Assembly: GCA_018238545.1 (NCBI GenBank)
Contig: JABCTC010000056.1
Location: forward strand, 1 to 19,863
DNA: 19,863 bases
Direction: 5' to 3'
Origin: Candidatus Heimdallarchaeota archaeon
Lineage (GTDB): Archaea; Asgardarchaeota; Heimdallarchaeia; Heimdallarchaeales; Heimdallarchaeaceae
Numbering within the stretch: the stretch's first letter is position 1; the number at the start of each line of letters is the position of its first letter. Made by a program: the position numbers and the translations under genes. Below are positions 17,520-19,863 of this stretch, piece by piece. The notes beneath the pieces were generated by a model, which saw nothing but the letters and a program-made list of their open reading frames with translations, did no database searches and had not been told where the DNA came from.

Positions 17520-18412
17520 AACTGCAAGAGCTGCCTGATGAAAGTCCATATGTAAGTGGAGATTCGGCTTGTCCAGGATGTATGGCTTCTAACATTGCTC
17601 ATAACGTCTTAAGAATCTTAGGGAAAAAGACCATTGCAAGCGTCCCTCCATCTTGTATGAGTGTCTTCGCGGGAACATTCCCTAACTTGAACTGGGATAT
17701 TCCTTACTTCCACATGCAATTTGCCAATACAGCCGCAACAGTTACAGGAATTTCTCGAGCGTTAAAAGCACAAGGTAAAGAAGGCATAGTAGTCCTAGGA
17801 ATGGCGGGAGACGGAGGTACAGGAGATATGGGGCTTCAAGCCTTATCTGGAGCTGCACAAAGAGACGAGAACATTCTATACATTTGTTATAATAATCAGG
17901 GGTACGAAAACACAGGTATCCAAGCTTCTGGTATGACTCCAATTGGAGCTTGGTCCAAAACAACTCCCGTTAGGAATCATAGTACTGGTAACGAATATTA
18001 TCCCAAAGATATTCCTCGTATCCTTATTGCTCATGAAGCAACATATGTTGCAACTGCTTCTACAGCTGACATTAACGATTTTATCAGAAAGATAGAACGA
18101 GCTAAGGAAATTGAAGGTTTTCGTTACGTCGAGATACTTTCTGTTTGTACTCCTGGTTGGGATGTCGAAACACATCTTGGACCTCAATTAGCAAGAGAAG
18201 CAATTGACACTGGTTTTTGGTTACTGATTGAATATGATAAACATAAGCTGATGGTTAATCATGATCCTACTTTCAAAGGACTTGATAAGTTCCTTAAGAA
18301 ACAAGGAAGATTCAAACACATGACTCTAGATCAATATCATATCATGGAAGATCATATTCGTCGTCGATATCAAATTTATAAGAGTCTTTCATCACTCGAT
18401 CATTTTCTATGA
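17516..18412 (+). CDS. porB: 2-oxoacid (pyruvate-type):ferredoxin oxidoreductase beta subunit (TPP-binding)
   Basis: ACPGC, SC and SVCTPGW Fe-S ligands; TPP motif GDGG...YNN..YENTG.Q.S..TP; QGRFKH. ATGA overlap with the alpha subunit gene. Confidence 0.92.
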   Translation: MKLQELPDESPYVSGDSACPGCMASNIAHNVLRILGKKTIASVPPSCMSVFAGTFPNLNWDIPYFHMQFANTAATVTGISRALKAQGKEGIVVLGMAGDGGTGDMGLQALSGAAQRDENILYICYNNQGYENTGIQASGMTPIGAWSKTTPVRNHSTGNEYYPKDIPRILIAHEATYVATASTADINDFIRKIERAKEIEGFRYVEILSVCTPGWDVETHLGPQLAREAIDTGFWLLIEYDKHKLMVNHDPTFKGLDKFLKKQGRFKHMTLDQYHIMEDHIRRRYQIYKSLSSLDHFL

Positions 18413-18452
18413 AATTTCACTCTAGCTTACTCTAAGTATCTTTAAACAGCTG

Positions 18453-18461
18453 TTTTTTTTT
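18453..18461 (+). terminator. Oligo-T terminator after porB
   Basis: T9 run about 40 nt downstream of the stop codon. Confidence 0.45.
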
Positions 18462-18781
18462 GCCTACAGTAATGCCACTTTCTATTGACTTACACACATT
18501 TTTTAGATTATTTTTTCCAAGATTCAAAAAAAAACAAAATATTTTTGAAAGAAATAGCGTGAATTTGAAACTTCTGGCGGCTCTAAATAGCCAATAGAGA
18601 TTTCACTTGTTATAGAATGTTAATAGAAGCCTTCTAATCGAATTTTGTTACTCATATTTGGGATACTACTTGCTTAGGCTTCCGACAAATAGCCTTTAAG
18701 CGCTATTTCTCGCATAATCACCAGTACTAAAGCGTCTAAATACTTCTACGATTAGGTTTACAGCCTTTAGGCCACTTAAAC

Positions 18782-18829
18782 TTTAAATACTACTAAGAGC
18801 TAATTGTACTTTGATTACCTACTTAGGAG
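18782..18829 (+). promoter_or_regulatory. TATA box (TTTAAATA) and SD-like AGGAG for the histone gene
   Basis: TTTAAATA at 18782-18789; AGGAG at 18825-18829, 9 nt before the ATG. Confidence 0.55.
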
Positions 18830-18838
18830 TCAATTAAA

Positions 18839-19027
18839 ATGAGCAAAGTTAAAGAAATGTTGATTGTAAAATCAAAAGTACGTGAATATGTTAAAGGAAT
18901 TGGTGAATTTAATATTAGCTCTGACTTCATTGAAGCACTCAATGTTGAAGTAGCAGGTTTAATCAAATCAGCCGCTACCAGAACAAAAAGCAATTCCCGC
19001 AAAACATTATCCGCAAAAGACGTTTAA
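18839..19027 (+). CDS. Short histone-fold protein, alpha3-truncated (face-to-face/Bd0055-like) type
   Basis: LIVKSKVREYVK...NISSDFIEALN.EV..LI..AA.R.K.N.RKTL.AKDV: the histone RKT...D motif followed by an immediate C-terminus. It has an SD and a TATA box upstream. Confidence 0.88.
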   Translation: MSKVKEMLIVKSKVREYVKGIGEFNISSDFIEALNVEVAGLIKSAATRTKSNSRKTLSAKDV

Positions 19028-19031
19028 AATT

Positions 19032-19130
19032 TAATAGATTAAAAGATATTCCGAAAGACCAGAGACCCCTTGAAAGTTCCTGATCGTATCGGCAAATATG
19101 TTTTAACTATTACCTTTTTATTTTTTTTCC
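19032..19130 (+). terminator. ~80-nt imperfect hairpin followed by T-tract downstream of the histone gene
   Basis: Nested complementary pairs TAATAG/CTATTA, TTAAAA/TTTTAA, ATATT/AATAT, CCGA/TCGG and CAG/CTG, then TTTTTATTTTTTTT. Confidence 0.55.
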
Positions 19131-19326
19131 TTCACTTTTTGAGCTGAGAGTATATTCTATATATCAGAAGTCTAGTTGAAGTCTTTACTCGTTATTCTAG
19201 ATGTATTTTGGATCTGTCACCATTTGATTTTCTTCATATTTATTCGTCTTACATGTTTTGTTTTCTTGCACACTTGAAATTGGTCTAACTAAAAACAAAA
19301 AAAGCTATTTGATTCACAATATGTAG

Positions 19327-19686
19327 ATGAGATTATCTGGAGAATTTTTCAGAGCTCGATTAATTAAAAGACCCAACAGATTTCTAGCTTATGTTCAGCT
19401 AGAAGGGACACTAAAAGAGGTGAAAGCTCACGTACCTGATCCAGGAAGATTGATAGAATTGTTCTATCCTAGTGCTGAGCTAGTAGTGAGGAAAGAAAAA
19501 CAACTGGATAGAAAAACTGCTTACACCATTGTTGGAGTGAAATCTGGAAAAATCTGGGTAAATATTCAATCAATTTTAACTAACAAACTGTTTGAAGAAG
19601 AATACAAAAAGATACCTTTCTTCAAAAACTATGAGATAATTAGACGAGAGTACACTTATGAGTTATTTTTCCCACTTCCCCCATAG
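19327..19686 (+). pseudogene. sfsA: SfsA (sugar fermentation stimulation protein / DNA-binding nuclease), N-terminal half, interrupted at ~19660
   Basis: RPNRF, AHVPDPGRL.EL, RKT.Y, WVN and N.L..E motifs, up to REYTY. The expected GxSRxDF and EVK nuclease half is replaced by ELFFPLPP-stop. Confidence 0.85.
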
Positions 19687-19863
19687 TGAGGAAGGTGGAG
19701 AGCAATTTTGAGGACTCTTCCCAACCCAGGAACGTGTTATGGTAGCATAGTAGCAAGCAGTAACGAAGGGAGTTTCAAGCTCTGGGATTACACCTCCAAC
19801 ACACAGTGTTAGCGGAGGTGAACGGGTTCATCTCCTCTCCGGGACTCATTTCTGGAGGCAATG
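19661..19863 (+). mobile_element. Probable end of an element inserted in sfsA (structured non-coding leader, then GGAGG-CA-ATG at the window edge)
   Basis: Abrupt loss of SfsA similarity, a rise in GC, several hairpins, and an ATG at 19861. The family cannot be determined from this window. Confidence 0.5.

Noticed and set aside
16290-18187. Antisense ORFs over porA/porB
   Set aside because: Shadows of conserved enzyme genes.
19032-19112. Hairpin as a SECIS element or tRNA
   Set aside because: No in-frame UGA in the adjacent genes, no clear SECIS core, and no cloverleaf or T-loop consensus.
19731-19750. TTATG in the insertion matching the sfsA junction as a bridge-RNA target guide
   Set aside because: Only a 5-nt match, which is expected by chance, and the other half of the target is not visible.

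Overview
AT-rich archaeal window. TATA-type promoters, a RadA-family recombinase, a Hel308/Ski2-like helicase and a histone-fold gene indicate an archaeon; the overall style suggests an Asgard/Heimdallarchaeia-like lineage, which is inference only. Left end (1-2400, - strand): a complete IS481-family element, an ABC/AAA-type ATPase whose downstream partner appears cut off by the IS, and a frameshifted vapB-like antitoxin. Centre (2549-15991, + strand): five co-oriented genes encoding a PD-(D/E)XK-fold nuclease-like protein, a 1049-aa catalytically degenerate HerA/VirB4-like ATPase with a winged helix, a Ski2/Hel308-like helicase with a SWIM zinc finger, a divergent RadA paralogue with an acidic tail, and a 2110-aa membrane-anchored Ig-repeat surface protein. 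Its two apparent promoters share an identical 12-mer. This cluster is the best candidate for an undescribed system, possibly linking cell contact or DNA transfer to recombination. Right end: a 46-aa small ORF, porA/porB-type oxidoreductase subunits, a short alpha3-truncated histone followed by an ~80-nt hairpin, and an sfsA gene interrupted by a GC-richer structured insertion that runs off the window.
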